A stretch of 62,409 nt of DNA, filler included, from Sphacelaria rigidula (GCA_964200075.2; 5 parts of 5 records of this genome joined end to end with filler, not necessarily neighbours in it), one strand, 5' to 3'; positions 1 to 11,490 are shown, counted from the first letter of the whole stretch. The notes: generated by a model not told the origin, from the letters alone. Numbers and translations: made by a program.

Positions 1-43
1 CCGTGATTGGGCAGGTCGCTCGAAGACTTGTTTATTATTATTT

Positions 44-73
44 CACTAACACAGGGTCAACCCTGTGTTAGTG
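44..73. repeat. Perfect palindrome/hairpin (14-bp stem, 2-nt loop)
   Basis: CACTAACACAGGGT-CA-ACCCTGTGTTAGTG. Confidence 0.9.
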
Positions 74-138
74 GGGGGTCGGTCCCAAAAGGGTTAAAGG
101 CATCCAATAATTTTTATGCACGTGTTCCCAAATGAAGG

Positions 139-670
139 CCGAGGTTACTAGTGTCCGGATGTTTTCTTTTCACTGAGTTTCACCGGTTTCTTTGGCCATA
201 CTGTGAGTCGCAAAAACTCCGGGTTTCGGAAAATTTCAACGTTTGCTCAAGACCTCAACGTGCCTGCTGTGAGGGGTAAAAGACGAAGTTCGGCACACGC
301 ATACCTAGAGGCAAGACCGAGGTCGCCAGTGTCCGGATAATTGGAGTTCCGGCCGATCTCATCCGTTTCTTGGGATCGTAAGCCGCAGAGATCGGCTGGG
401 AACCCCAGATTCTCGGAACGAATTCACGTTTTCTTCAAAACTTGACGCCAGAATTGATATTCAGGAGACAAAATTTGACACGCGTATTCCTGACGGCCAG
501 CCTGGGGTCGCCACTGTGCAGTTGGTCTGAGTTTCAGTTGGTTCAACTGATTTCTTGGGGTTATGAGCCGCCGAATATGGCGGTAGACGCCATCAAATCA
601 GTGAAACCCACCGGAATTCCCACCACCTCGACACTAGCGACCTCGGGCTTGCCTACAGGAATACATGAAT
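139..670. repeat. Degenerate ~180-bp tandem units plus one inverted partial unit; probably a DNA-transposon subterminal region
   Basis: The motif CCGAGGTCGCCAGTGTCCGGAT recurs near 139, 317 and 501. Its reverse complement (GACACTAGCGACCTCGG) is near 630. Confidence 0.6.
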
Positions 671-744
671 GACAATTCGGACCCCAACCATCGAAGCAGG
701 TGTGACATTTGCCCGCCGAGTAGGTGTTTTACACGTCCAACGAC

Positions 745-1660
745 CACGACTCTGAGTTGTTCAAGTCTTAGCCGTTTAATTGGCCGTCATTTTTCTATTT
801 TACTCGTAAGAGTCGACGCTTAGTCTTCCCTCATTTCTCGAATTTCGCTCCTAGGAGTCGACTCTGAGTCGTCCCTTATTTCCCGGATTCAGTCGTCGGA
901 GTCGACGCTGGGCCGTCCGTCATTTTCCGAGTTTAGCCGCATATCAACTCTGAGTCGTCCCTCATTATCCGAATTTAATCGTATGAAATGAAGGTCACGA
1001 CGGAAGAGTCGTTGGGCGCGTGAATCTACTCCCCCCAATTTATACAAAGTGGGCGTACTCATGGCAACGCACGGTGATATGCCGGGAGACGTTTGATCGC
1101 TTCGAGACCCAAGCAGTGGAGAGAGAGTGTCATGAGAGCATAGACCGTACTTGCACTTGCAGCAGCTTCATTGCGCAGGCGGTTCACAGATTGCGCGGGG
1201 TTTGACAGAAGATGAAGTAGATAAGTAAATGCCATGCCCTTCAACGAGGGCTACTCGCATCAAGGTTCCATGTGTTGTACTGTACCGTGGCTGAAGGGTA
1301 ATGCACGGTACTTACAGGATAATTCACTGGCTGCTCTTTGTGCCGAAGTATGTGCTGATCAATACGCATCCTTTCGAAACAAATGTATGAATATCGAATG
1401 TGTCAACCAAGGTACTCGCCCCCAGAGATTTTGATGACATCCCAACCCCACGAACCTGAATTTGCGTATAGATTCAGATGTGTGGGCGCCATTAAAGCTC
1501 ACCTTGGTCGCATGACTCGACTCTGAGTCACTCCTCGCTTTCCTCAATTTAGTCATTGCAGTCGACTCTGAGTCGTATCCCATATTTCGATTTCGATCGT
1601 AGCGGTGGACCCTGAGTCGTCGCTTCTTTTCCGACTTAAATTGTAGGAGTCGACTATGAT
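745..1660. repeat. Two clusters (~745-990 and ~1515-1660) of ~44-bp repeats with a palindromic GACTCTGAGTC core; probable non-autonomous DNA transposon
   Basis: GGAGTCGACTCTGAGTCGTCCCTCATTTTCCGAATTT-like units repeat on both sides of a unique ~500-bp middle. TIR and TSD were not resolved. Confidence 0.6.
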
Positions 1661-2343
1661 ATTGATGCAGCTCCCTTCAGGGCGTTCTAACTATTACAAG
1701 CCACTAAGGTGTGTATCAGAAACGCTCGTTTGCCCGCTATTTTTTCAATCTTACGCTTCTGGTACCTTGCAAGTCCTCGTTCGCTACTCTTTAGGGCATT
1801 CACCACAAGGCGTGTGACTCCGGAATTTTCCACGGGTGCGCAGGTCTGACAAATCCGCATTTAGGCAAAAGTATCAGATAAACACTGAGAATTTATCAAC
1901 CATGGATGGAAAATTGTCAGTCGGAAATCATCAGCCTAGAGGTCTCCAGATCTGAAGGGGCTGAAAGGGGGCAGCGGGAAGCATGTGTTTGGGGTTCTCA
2001 GACAATTGCTCGAATGCCTACAAGTAGAACACCGGCCTTAGACTTCTTCCGCCGATGGCTCAAAGGACTCTTTCTGCCAACAACAGCACCATGCCGGGCG
2101 ATGGCTCTCTGGGCCAGGACAAACAAACAGGAAACAAGACGATCTTGTTGTTATCCAGACACAGCCTGCCGTGCTCGATGTGCGCACCTCTCGTCTGTGT
2201 AGTAAGTGGCAGTACCGTTGTCCCATTCTGTACTTTAGCGCTTTCATGTACCTGATGGTTCGGCCAGCGTTTTATTTTATCTCCCTTGCCTCCATGTTTT
2301 TACCCTTCATACTGTGCTCTACGCCGTTTTTTCCCACGAGCAG

Positions 2344-2646
2344 ACGGCGACGACGACACTCTACAACACCAGGCACGGCCTCCGCCGTCATGATGGCGGG
2401 GCCCAACCAAGGCAAGCCGGCCTCCTTCTTCGCCGACTGGCCCACGTTGGAAGCGGAGGTGAAGGCATACCTTGCCGAGCGAGAAGCTGGGGTAGCCCCA
2501 AGTGAGGACGGAAAACCGCGTCGCAGAGACGCGGTGTTAGAGTTTCTCTCTGTGGATCCCGTAAAAATGGCTCTCGAGGGCGGCCCTCAAGACGTCGATC
2601 AGTATGAAGGGGAGGTGAACATACTTTCCTATTCCGAACTCACGCG
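2344..2646 (+). CDS. Gene 1 exon A: unknown membrane protein, possibly plastid. Start uncertain: in-frame ATG at 2246/2255 or an upstream exon
   Basis: Open frame ...MMAGPNQGK...NILSYSELTR. Pyrimidine tract plus CAG at 2341-2343 and donor CG|GTGAGA at 2647; phase 2 matches the next exon. Confidence 0.75.
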
Positions 2647-3274
2647 GTGAGAGATTACGACTTCCAACCCCCTCGGCCCGCTTTTTTTTTTGTCCTACCC
2701 GTTCTTGGCCCTTTGTCAAGAACTGGGCGTTTTCACGATGTGTACTCCTAGAAGGGGGGGGGAAGGGTTATACTTCTGCTGTAACTTCGAACCAGCAGGT
2801 GCACGGTGCGAGGTTGAGGTTGGTTTCGATTGATGTAATCTCTGTGGCGGGTTCAACAGTTGATACGCCTCTGACGCACGGAAGACATCGAGGGTCCTAC
2901 AGTAACTCGCTGTCTTGCTGACGCGGAAGTGGGAACTCGTAACAAGAGCCGCTACGTCCCCCGTGACTTTTTTTTTTACTCAAGCAGGAAAAAGCAACTG
3001 TCATGGCGGCAACTAGAATATTCGCGTGCAAAGTATAGAAAATGCGCGAGATGATATGATGGCAGGATAATGCTTTTTTTATAACAGGTCAGTCTACTCG
3101 TTACGTCAGTGTGCGCAGGTCATTTTGTCATTTCATACGCCGTTGGCACTCTTATCGAGGAGAACAGCCTACAACCGTGCACTAACCCACGTCTCCCGAC
3201 TGAATGACTATTTTACCCTAAAATTGACACGAATCATGCGTGCTTGTCAAACCGATGCGGATCTCTGGCTTCAG

Positions 3275-3454
3275 GTTTGGATACGATTATCTCATCGAGC
3301 CTATGATGGCGATTGGCGGTTACACGGCGGTGTCAGAGCGCATGGGCATTGCCCTGAACGAGCGGACTTTGAAGGATCGGGAGTATTACGAGATTCGAGG
3401 CATGAAGCTGACCCCTCAAAAAGTGGAAATCGACGGGTTCCTCACGCTCGGGAG
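3275..3454 (+). CDS. Gene 1 exon B
   Basis: Acceptor TTCAG|G, then FGYDYLIEPMMAIGGY...GFLTLGR, then donor AG|GCAAGT (GC donor, phase 2). Confidence 0.8.
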
Positions 3455-3800
3455 GCAAGTATTATCGATTTCCTCGTACTGTGGTTAATTGCTGGTATCC
3501 GTTATCGTCGGTGCAGATTGTTCTTCTTTTGATGTCGCGTTTACCGATATAAAGTCAGGGGCTTGGTCTTGTCACCCAGCCCCGAAATAAGCGGAATGAA
3601 CTAATCTGATGTTTTCCCTTGCGTTGGGTCAACGCAATACAAGAAGCAAGCCTTGACGTCATCGACACTGAAGGGCAGCCCTTCGTCTCTACATATATGC
3701 CCCCCAATTGCGCTAGCCTGCGCTATACACAGCTCGTGTATTTTTGGGTAGCACAGTCTTCTCCGGGGTGGGTGCAGGAGAGACGGTGTAGTGTTCTGAG

Positions 3801-4880
3801 TAGTGTTGCCTATCGAACCACCAATCCAGTTCGATACGATACGGCCTCGAAGCCGTTGATATCAATTTGATTGCAATAAAATGTGTTGACCGCAGCGAGC
3901 CGGGCAAGTGCACAGTGAGCGATCGAGCGAATGCGAGGGCGCTCGCTGTGCAAGCCCCTATCGCCCCTATCGCCCCCGGCTGACGAGGGGGGCCCGCTGG
4001 AGACACAAAAAAATGCAGTTATGCATTTTGCCTGATCTCGGCCTCATTTCTCATCAAACGCGGCCCCGTTGAAACCACTTGAAGTTAGCAGTGGTGGTGG
4101 ACCTATACTCGGACAAGATGTTGGAAAAATATAAGAAAGCATATCACATATGACACTGCTACTTCTGAATAACACGATGAGGGAGCAGCTCCTGGTTGAA
4201 ATCTTCACGTCAAGTGTCCTAATTTCTGCTTCAAGCCTTGTTGACCGCTTGCAGCTGCAAAATCTACGATGCACCATGCCATTGTGCGGAAAAGAGATGA
4301 AAATATGCTCGATGGTACGCTGTGGCTTCCACGTACAACATTGTTTTCGTGATATTGATAGTCTAGGATATGATTGGGAGTGAGAAGCGGTCAATTACTG
4401 AATGAAATAGTTTCTCTTCCGAAATGCTCCTCAGGGCCTTGTACCAGGCCCGACACGCTTTCTGCCGTAACTTGCCACTGAAGCCTTTCATATCCCTGGG
4501 TAACATATTGACGTGTAGCTGTAGGCACACGACAGTGATAGAGGCAAAGAAAAGCACACACATGATACAAGATTGTCAAGTTGAAGCGAATAATAAAACT
4601 CATTCTCAAACAACGCTACGCGAAATATTGTAGTACTTCAAACCACGAACACATTATGCACTCAGAAACACCAGCGCGTCCGCAAAGATATGTTGCCGAT
4701 AACTAATGCAAACACGATACACTTCTGCACAACTTTCGACAGTAATCCTCAACTCTCAACTGCAATAATATCCCGTCCATCCTCAATGATATCGAAACAT
4801 CGATAACATTTCGATACGATATTCGATTCGATATGTTTCGGTACGGTGTATGGCAACTTTCGGTCCGGTGTACAACACTA
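3801..4880. mobile_element. Non-autonomous hAT-type DNA transposon (1080 bp) in a gene 1 intron
   Basis: Termini TAGTGTTG...CAACACTA (imperfect ~19-bp TIR). Perfect 8-bp TSD GTTCTGAG at 3793-3800 and 4881-4888. Subterminal TCGATA repeats at both ends. Confidence 0.88.
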
Positions 4881-5064
4881 GTTCTGAGTATCGTGAGATT
4901 TGCATGGTTTCATGTTTGGTTTGCGCCCCGATAGTACCCAAAATATCATGGAACTGTTAGCCGCAGCTTAATTTTACGATGGTTGTTCTGGAAGTGCATA
5001 TGCTTTCAACTTGACGTCCAAATTTTGTCCTCGACTTCATGGTTGCAACCATCCATCCGTGCAG

Positions 5065-5713
5065 GGCGAGAGACGAAAGACTCGAATCCGTCGCAGACGT
5101 AGACCGCGAGGAAAAGCGAAAGGATCTCTTCAGCAAGCAAGCAATGATGGACAAAGACGCGCGCTCGCAGGCCTCCGAACAAGCATCTAAATCGAAGATG
5201 CTCAATGGCGCCCGCAAAAAGCAAACGTTGCGTTCCAACGCCTCCATCGTGAACAAGAACGAGAGCGGCGGTGGGAGCAGTGAGGAATCGTTCCGTGCTC
5301 CAGGTCTTCCCGAAGAGCTCAAGGGGCCAACTGCGTGGCAGGCGCCAACACCACTGGAAGGTGCGGCACCGCCGCAACCTTTGCTGCTCAATCTGCCGCA
5401 GCGGGTATATGCGGTTGCGGTGGTCGCTTGTTGCGCGTTGGCGTATGGACATGGTACCTCCGACGCTTTGGAAAGGGGGTATATCTCCTCAGATATACCA
5501 GCCACGGCGGAGACAGCGAGCCTATTTCTTGTTGGGTTGAATATTGTTAGTGCGGTGTTAGGTGCGTCGATCGCGAAGAACAAGAATCGGTCCGTCCCGT
5601 TGTGGGCGTTCAAGGGGTCTCTTGCGGGGATTACCAGTGTGCTTGAGCTCAAGGGGCTTCCAGATATTGTCTTGTCGCGGCCTAAATATGAGACGGGAGA
5701 TGATGCGGCATAA
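5065..5713 (+). CDS. Gene 1 terminal exon with 2-3 hydrophobic helices
   Basis: Acceptor GTGCAG|G in phase 2 continues RARDERLES. TM-like segments VYAVAVVACCALAYG and LFLVGLNIVSAVLGASIA are followed by KNRSVPLWAFKGSLAG. Stop TAA at 5711-5713. Confidence 0.8.
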
Positions 5714-6736
5714 TACCGCCGAGGTTTTGAACGTTCGTTTTATTTCGCGACGAACCGCGTCGGAAGCTTGATGTGGTTTCTTTAAGGTTGAGCCCGAGAG
5801 GCATTCGTGATCTTCAGCACACGGCAGGGTGGCGAAGTAATTTGGGAATGTTTGTGTTTTTCTCGTTTGGCGAAAAACTACTGCGCTTTGTTCGTAAGTT
5901 TCTCCTGAAGTGCAAGTCGCTGCCGTTGATTGATGCAGCAATACCCCCCCACACACACACGCACACTAGCCCCCAAAATGTCGCGAAGAAAATGGCCATA
6001 CAGCACATGACAGCTGATTTTAGACCGTATGTAGGTCTCATATGCGCGACATTGGCGAACACGATCCCAAGCGTGGGAGTTCCCAGCTGCTCGGTGTGCT
6101 CGGCTGTTGTCATTTTGATTCGTGTGGAGATATTGCCTCCTCAAACCAGTCAGTTTTCTAGGGGGGTGGGGGCGTGGGGGGGGGCTATCGCGGCATCACT
6201 CCGTTGCGCTTATAAGTAGAGCGCGATCCGATGATCGCGAAGCACGGTGAGTATTTGCTTATCATATGTGACGCGCAAGCACCTATGCTACCTTCGCCCT
6301 GCCGTACAAGACATCTTGACGCAAGCCTCGACTGCAAGACACTGCACTGCACCATTCCACTGATTGTGCTGTACTGTTGTTGTAGGCTTCTGTTTGGACT
6401 TGGAAAATATTGCTACCAGCGTCACTTCATCCTCGTCGACATACTCGTAGTTCTATCCAGAACATGAACTAATATCTTCGGCAGCTACCGTGATGGCACT
6501 ACGATCTTCCATAATACTACGGAAAGCATATAAGCAGCAGTTGCTCAATCTGATGAGGCTGCAAGGACCGCGCCTACGAAGTACAGGATAGGCGATCGAT
6601 CCCGCATGAAAATGATATCTTGGAGTGAACTGGCCGTTACAATGAGAACTCCAAAAGTCATACTCCATCTTCTCGAGCACACTCGATCTGGCAGACTTCA
6701 AAATATTGCCCTGTTACTTGGTGGAAGAAAAGACAG

Positions 6737-7013
6737 ATGCGTACCCTCGTACTTGAAGCCGTCACGGCCCTGCTGTGCGCAATCCTGACTGTCGGCGATG
6801 CCTTCATCACACCATCATTCCGCACAACGCCGTTCGCGTTGCGTCCAAACCGGGCTGTACACTCGGTGACCATGTCATCACGGTCGATCGAGACGACGAG
6901 GCGGGATTTCCTTGAGAATGCAATAGGTGTGGTCACTGCTGGAGTGCTTGGATCATCGCTATTGCTACCTGCCCCAACGTTTGCTGCTGCTTCTGGCAAG
7001 TCGGACCGAGAAG
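6737..7013 (+). CDS. FKBP: FKBP-type peptidyl-prolyl isomerase exon 1 (signal peptide, transit peptide and twin-arginine lumen signal)
   Basis: MRTLVLEAVTALLCAILTVGDAF (ASAF-like), a Ser/Thr/Arg-rich transit peptide, then TTRRDFL plus a hydrophobic stretch ending TFAA. Donor AG|GTATGT, phase 1. Confidence 0.9.
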
Positions 7014-7609
7014 GTATGTAGGAGAACTAAAAGTTGCAAAGTTGCAGTTGCTGTGTTGGTAGTGTTCGCTGTCTCCATTCCACCATGTTGTCTAAACTAC
7101 TGACTGTTGTCGAGAACTGTACGCTGTACTGTAGAGTCAGTACGAAACAGTCAGTTCGGTTCATGTTTGCTGCTAGGGACGGAGTATCTCGCATGTCGGT
7201 TCATGTTCAACACAGGCAGCGCGGTTGCTGTGGTATTCTCCGACATATCCAAGCGGGGCAGAGTAGGTATATGTCGCTCCTTTTTATTGGTGGTCAATAT
7301 CGCCCCCCCCCGTATTGTACTATGGTAGGCAGCTGCTCACGATGTTGTACTCGATCGTGTCACACGGCGTCAGTAACGCGTTTTGTTCTGACACTGACGT
7401 TGGGTGATCGTAACACGGCCAACAATCCACGATCAGAAAGCATAGGTCACTCTGAGCTGCGTGCTAGTATGGGGCCGGTTTCTTGTTTAGATATGTTCTT
7501 CGTAATTTTTTTGTGAAGCTACTATTTGCGTACTGTCTGTTTCAAAGCCACCGCGCAATTCCACTCACTCAATGCACTGGGCATAGCAGTACCGTAAGCA
7601 ATGTTTCCG

Positions 7610-7860
7610 GGAGATGAAAGTAGAAGATACGATCGAGAATGAAAAGCCGTCATATGAATGAATGAATCGTTTCAGTTCCGAGATGACCCTCCTCGGGGCA
7701 GGATACGCTTTCTGTAGTAGCTTGCCACTGAAGCCCTTGATATCCCTGAGTAGGTTATCCACGTGTAGCTGTCAGCACATGTCAGTGTTACAAGCAAAGA
7801 AAAAGACACACAATGAAAGGCTGGTCAAGGTAAAGCGAATGGTGAGACCCACTCTCAATC
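7610..7860 (-). repeat. Dispersed repeat homologous to 4365-4610; relic exon, possibly of a transposase
   Basis: Shared blocks such as ACGCTTTCTG...CTTGCCACTGAAGCC...ATATCCCTG...ACGTGTAGCTGT. Minus-strand peptides LHVNMLPRDMKGFSGKLRQKA and LHVDNLLRDIKGFSGKLLQKA. Confidence 0.75.
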
Positions 7861-8695
7861 AACCCTCTACTCTCAATCTCACGAGAGCATTATTCGTCCT
7901 GTATTGCATTCGACAGTACTTGCTCATTGCACCGCACCCCCGCCTCTGTAGTTCTGTTGGTGATTCAACTACATGCCGTGTCTGACGGAAGCGGAAAATC
8001 TGTTTGCTCGAAAAAATGTCATCTCTGATTGGTCGGTGCAATACCACCGAGAAAAAATGCTGTCTTCGCGAACCGGCAGTCTGCTCGCTCGAGGGGGGAC
8101 ATGAACGCGGGGCACAACGAAGGTGTGACACTTACAAGTGAAACGGAGGGCCCCAGTACCCCCCGCGGAAACAAGACGAATATCGCATACCTCAAGCCGT
8201 AACTACTGAGCAGCTTAGCACGCTGTGTCTTGTTCTGTTCAACTCGATTTAGAATTCGAGGAGAAACTTAAGTTTGTGTCAGACGCGCGCCGAAAACATC
8301 CACACATGGATCACCAATGGCACGTCCTCGGTTGAAGTTGACAGGCACGCGGCCGCCCTCCCCCCATACTGAACGGATCCCTTCAAGCAAAGACAGCTGC
8401 GTGTAGGTGGGCAAGGGCCAGCGGTGGAGCTAATGCGCATGGATGTTGGGTGTCTATCCGTCTTTGTTCTGGGCTCGGTACGTAAGTGACGATGTGCTTC
8501 CATTTCGCGTCGTTTCCTCTGCCAGCATAGAGATCTTGGACCAGCAGCCACTGCCAGGACCGCCGCATTTTTTAACCTGCGCCTAGATCTGCCTTATATC
8601 TGGAGAAGGAATGTCTTCTCGGCAAGACTGAAAGTGGTCGTTGTGGGCACACAAATATTTGTAACGTTTTGCAAACAGGTTTTACTGGGCTTCAT

Positions 8696-9250
8696 GAGAC
8701 CGCTTCTTATAGACCGAAAAAATTCTCTCTGAGAACTGCCCTTTTGAACCTTTCATCACGGATCATCAGCGGAATACGGGCCTTGGCGGATTTGGCCTCC
8801 TCGGAAAGATTTTCTATATTTTTCACGAGGATTCCAGCGCGCTTGTCCGATATTTCGTACTCCCAGTTCTACTCTTGGCCGGATTATGGATTTTTTCAGT
8901 CACCTAAAAAAACTTCGAGTGAAGAAGTACGGTCTTTTTCCCGACAACTGGACGATTTTCGGGGCGACTGAAAAAATCCAGCATCCGGCCAAGAGTAAAA
9001 CTGGGAGTACTTTTTCCCGACAACTGGACGATTTTCGTGGCGACTGAAAAAATCCAGAATCCGGCCAGAGTAAAACTGGGAGTACGAAAGATCGGACAAG
9101 CGCGCTGGAATCGTCGTGAAAAATGTAGCAAATCTTTCCGAGGAGGCCAAATCCACCAAGGCCCGTATTCCGCCAATAATCCGTAATGAAAGGTTCAAAA
9201 GAGCAATTCTCAGAGATACTTTTTTTCAGTCCATAACAAGCGACCTGAGA
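8696..9250. mobile_element. Foldback/MITE element with ~200-bp inverted arms in FKBP intron 1
   Basis: ~8700-8903 is the reverse complement of ~9040-9245, so near-identical peptides appear on opposite strands in the ORF track. Internal ~77-bp duplication. Confidence 0.85.
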
Positions 9251-9396
9251 CACGACTTTCGTATACCGGTTTGCTCTGCCATGATGCGCCGCAGTCAAGA
9301 GTACTAAGAATTTGGGCTGACACCATGACCACTGCGTCGCCACAGCGATCGCAGATTACCGTACAGATGTGCTCTTGCTGTAATGACAAAATATTC

Positions 9397-10420
9397 CAAG
9401 GGCAGGTCGAGTAGAGTATTATCAATTCTCAGTATTTTTGAAGAGTCATACTTCTAGTACTCAAAAATTGAGTAGAGTATTCGAGGCTGTACTCAACCTC
9501 CTCTAAATTTGAGTAGAGTATTTGAGGCCGTACTTGACCTACCCAAATTTTGAGCAGGTTATTTGAGGTCATACCCAATCTACTCGAAAGTTGGGTGGAG
9601 TATCTGAGGCCGGACCCGATGTACCACCGCTAACTCTCCCATGGAGGAGTCAAATGTGCGGCCAGTAGAGTCGCTCATTTTGATAATACCTACCAGACAA
9701 TCCGTCTACTCGACTACTCAATGATGATGAGTAGCGCTCTCTACTGAAAGTGATATCGAAGGAGTTGAGCAGGTGTTGAGTATGTACTTCCATGGGTGGG
9801 GGCAGGTGAGCTAGAGTAGGTAGGTTCATTCACCTGCACGCTTTTTTAGTTTTTTTATGGCCATCATTTGCTCATACTCATTGTACCATGACGTACCGCC
9901 ACTCATCTAATTGCCCATGTATTCATCACAGTCTATGAAGTGACGTCACGAAGTCACCGACGGTCACGGTTGCTCATCATGCCCAAGTGATACTATATAG
10001 TCGAGTATTAGTGAGAATGCTTACTCAATATTCGAGTAGAGTATTGGAGGTCGTACTCGATCTACTCAAAATTGAGTAGAGTATTTGAGGCCGTACTCGA
10101 CGTACTCAAAATTTCAGTAGAGTGTTGAGGTCATACCCAAGTGATACCTTATGCTCAAGTATCAGTGAAAGTGCTTACTCAATATTTGAGTAGAGTAGTG
10201 GAGGTCGTAATCAATCTACTCAGAATTTGAGTCGAGTAGTTGAGGCCATACTCAACCTACTCAAATTTTGAGTAGAGTATTTGAGGCCGTACTCGAACTA
10301 CTCAAAAACTTCGTAAATTATTTGAGACCGCACTCGACCTACTCGAAAATTGAGCAGAGTAAATACTCGGGTATTTTACTCGAGTACTCAAAAGCACATA
10401 CTCTACTCGACCTGCCCTTG
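9397..10420. mobile_element. Non-autonomous hAT-type DNA transposon (1024 bp) in FKBP intron 1
   Basis: Perfect 23-bp TIR CAAGGGCAGGTCGAGTAGAGTAT. 8-bp TSD AAATATTC at 9389-9396 and 10421-10428. ~41-bp subterminal repeats GAGTAGAGTATTTGAGGCCGTACTC at both ends. Confidence 0.93.
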
Positions 10421-10508
10421 AAATATTCGATCTGCTACTGTTTGACGCCACACTCCGCCCTGCGTATCTGGATGTCGCTCGTTGCCGCCTCTCGCATGTG
10501 CGCATCAG

Positions 10509-10605
10509 TCTTCACCACAAAAGGGGGAGTTAAATTCATCGTGCTGAAAGAAGGCACGGGGCCTGTTGCAAGGGATGGAGACTTCTGCATAGTCGAATTC
10601 ACAGG
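10509..10605 (+). CDS. FKBP: FKBP exon 2
   Basis: CAG acceptor, VFTTKGGVKFIVLKEGTGPVARDGDFCIVEFTG, donor GG|GTGAGT. Confidence 0.93.
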
Positions 10606-10763
10606 GTGAGTGTGTTAATTTTCTGCATGTCGTGCTACCCCATATGATCAGATTGTGTGCTGTGACACGCCGTACACACGCAGGCAATTGCGTATTTGAC
10701 ATGAGCAATTACCAACCAGGTTCTATTCTTGGTGCACACGTGCCTTAAAATGTGACCCCCAAG

Positions 10764-10884
10764 GTTTCTGCCAAATGGCGACGTGTTCGACGCCAGCAAC
10801 GCTCCCGGACGCAAACCCATTGCATTCAAGCTTGGCGCGAGGCAGGTTATCGCAGGGTGGGAGGAGGTTCTGCGCCTTATGAAC
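10764..10884 (+). CDS. FKBP: FKBP exon 3
   Basis: FLPNGDVFDASNAPGRKPIAFKLGARQVIAGWEEVLRLMN is the FKBP core. Donor AC|GTAAGT. Confidence 0.95.
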
Positions 10885-11343
10885 GTAAGTTGAAATGGGG
10901 TTCAGCGGTGTCCTGGCCGCCTTAGCATGGTGACGCACGTGTGTAATGTGCGCATTTTCTTGGCGGTCGTCCGTGTGCACGCTGTCCATCCCTTTTCCTG
11001 TTGTTCGACTGTGTACTGGTGACTTCCGGGGTATGTAGAAGAGCCACATGCTTTATGTAGGCCACTGTATCATACCGAGACCTGTGACTACCGTCTTGCC
11101 CCTGGTACTCATATCAACCAACCGTTCCTAGTGGTGACACTTTGTTATGACGGGCCGAAATAGCGTTAGAATGGCGCATCCTACCACGTATTCTCAAATC
11201 CGAGAGAGACGCTGATACTACAGAGGGGCGTACTATTGTAGTCCATTGACATGGTGTTCTCAGCTCACGGCACGTTATCTCAGCACTGTTCTCCCCACCC
11301 CTTGCTCGCGTTTACCTCGTGCCGACGGGTATTGTAATGGCAG

Positions 11344-11490
11344 GCCGGTGCCGAAGTGCAGATGGTTGTACCGGCATCAATGGCCTTCGGCGATAAGGGT
11401 ATTTGCATCGAAAGCGGGGAATGCCTGGTGAAGCCGGGACAGGAAGTACGCTACGACCTTCAGCTTAAGCGCGTGGCGGTGTCCCCCTAA
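11344..11490 (+). CDS. FKBP: FKBP exon 4 (terminal)
   Basis: CAG acceptor, AGAEVQMVVPASMAFGDKGICIESGECLVKPGQEVRYDLQLKRVAVSP, stop TAA. All three intron phases are consistent. Confidence 0.95.
   Translation, partial: AGAEVQMVVPASMAFGDKGICIESGECLVKPGQEVRYDLQLKRVAVSP

Noticed and set aside
4957-5652. 231-aa minus-strand ORF and other ORFs overlapping gene 1 or pol genes
   Set aside because: Antisense shadows of GC-rich coding exons with no independent motifs.
8669-9343. Pair of similar ORFs on opposite strands
   Set aside because: A consequence of the long inverted repeat; no coding signature.
9397-10420. CRISPR-like array of ~41-bp partly palindromic repeats
   Set aside because: Units are contiguous and degenerate with no unique spacers or cas genes, and they sit inside a TIR/TSD-bounded eukaryotic transposon.
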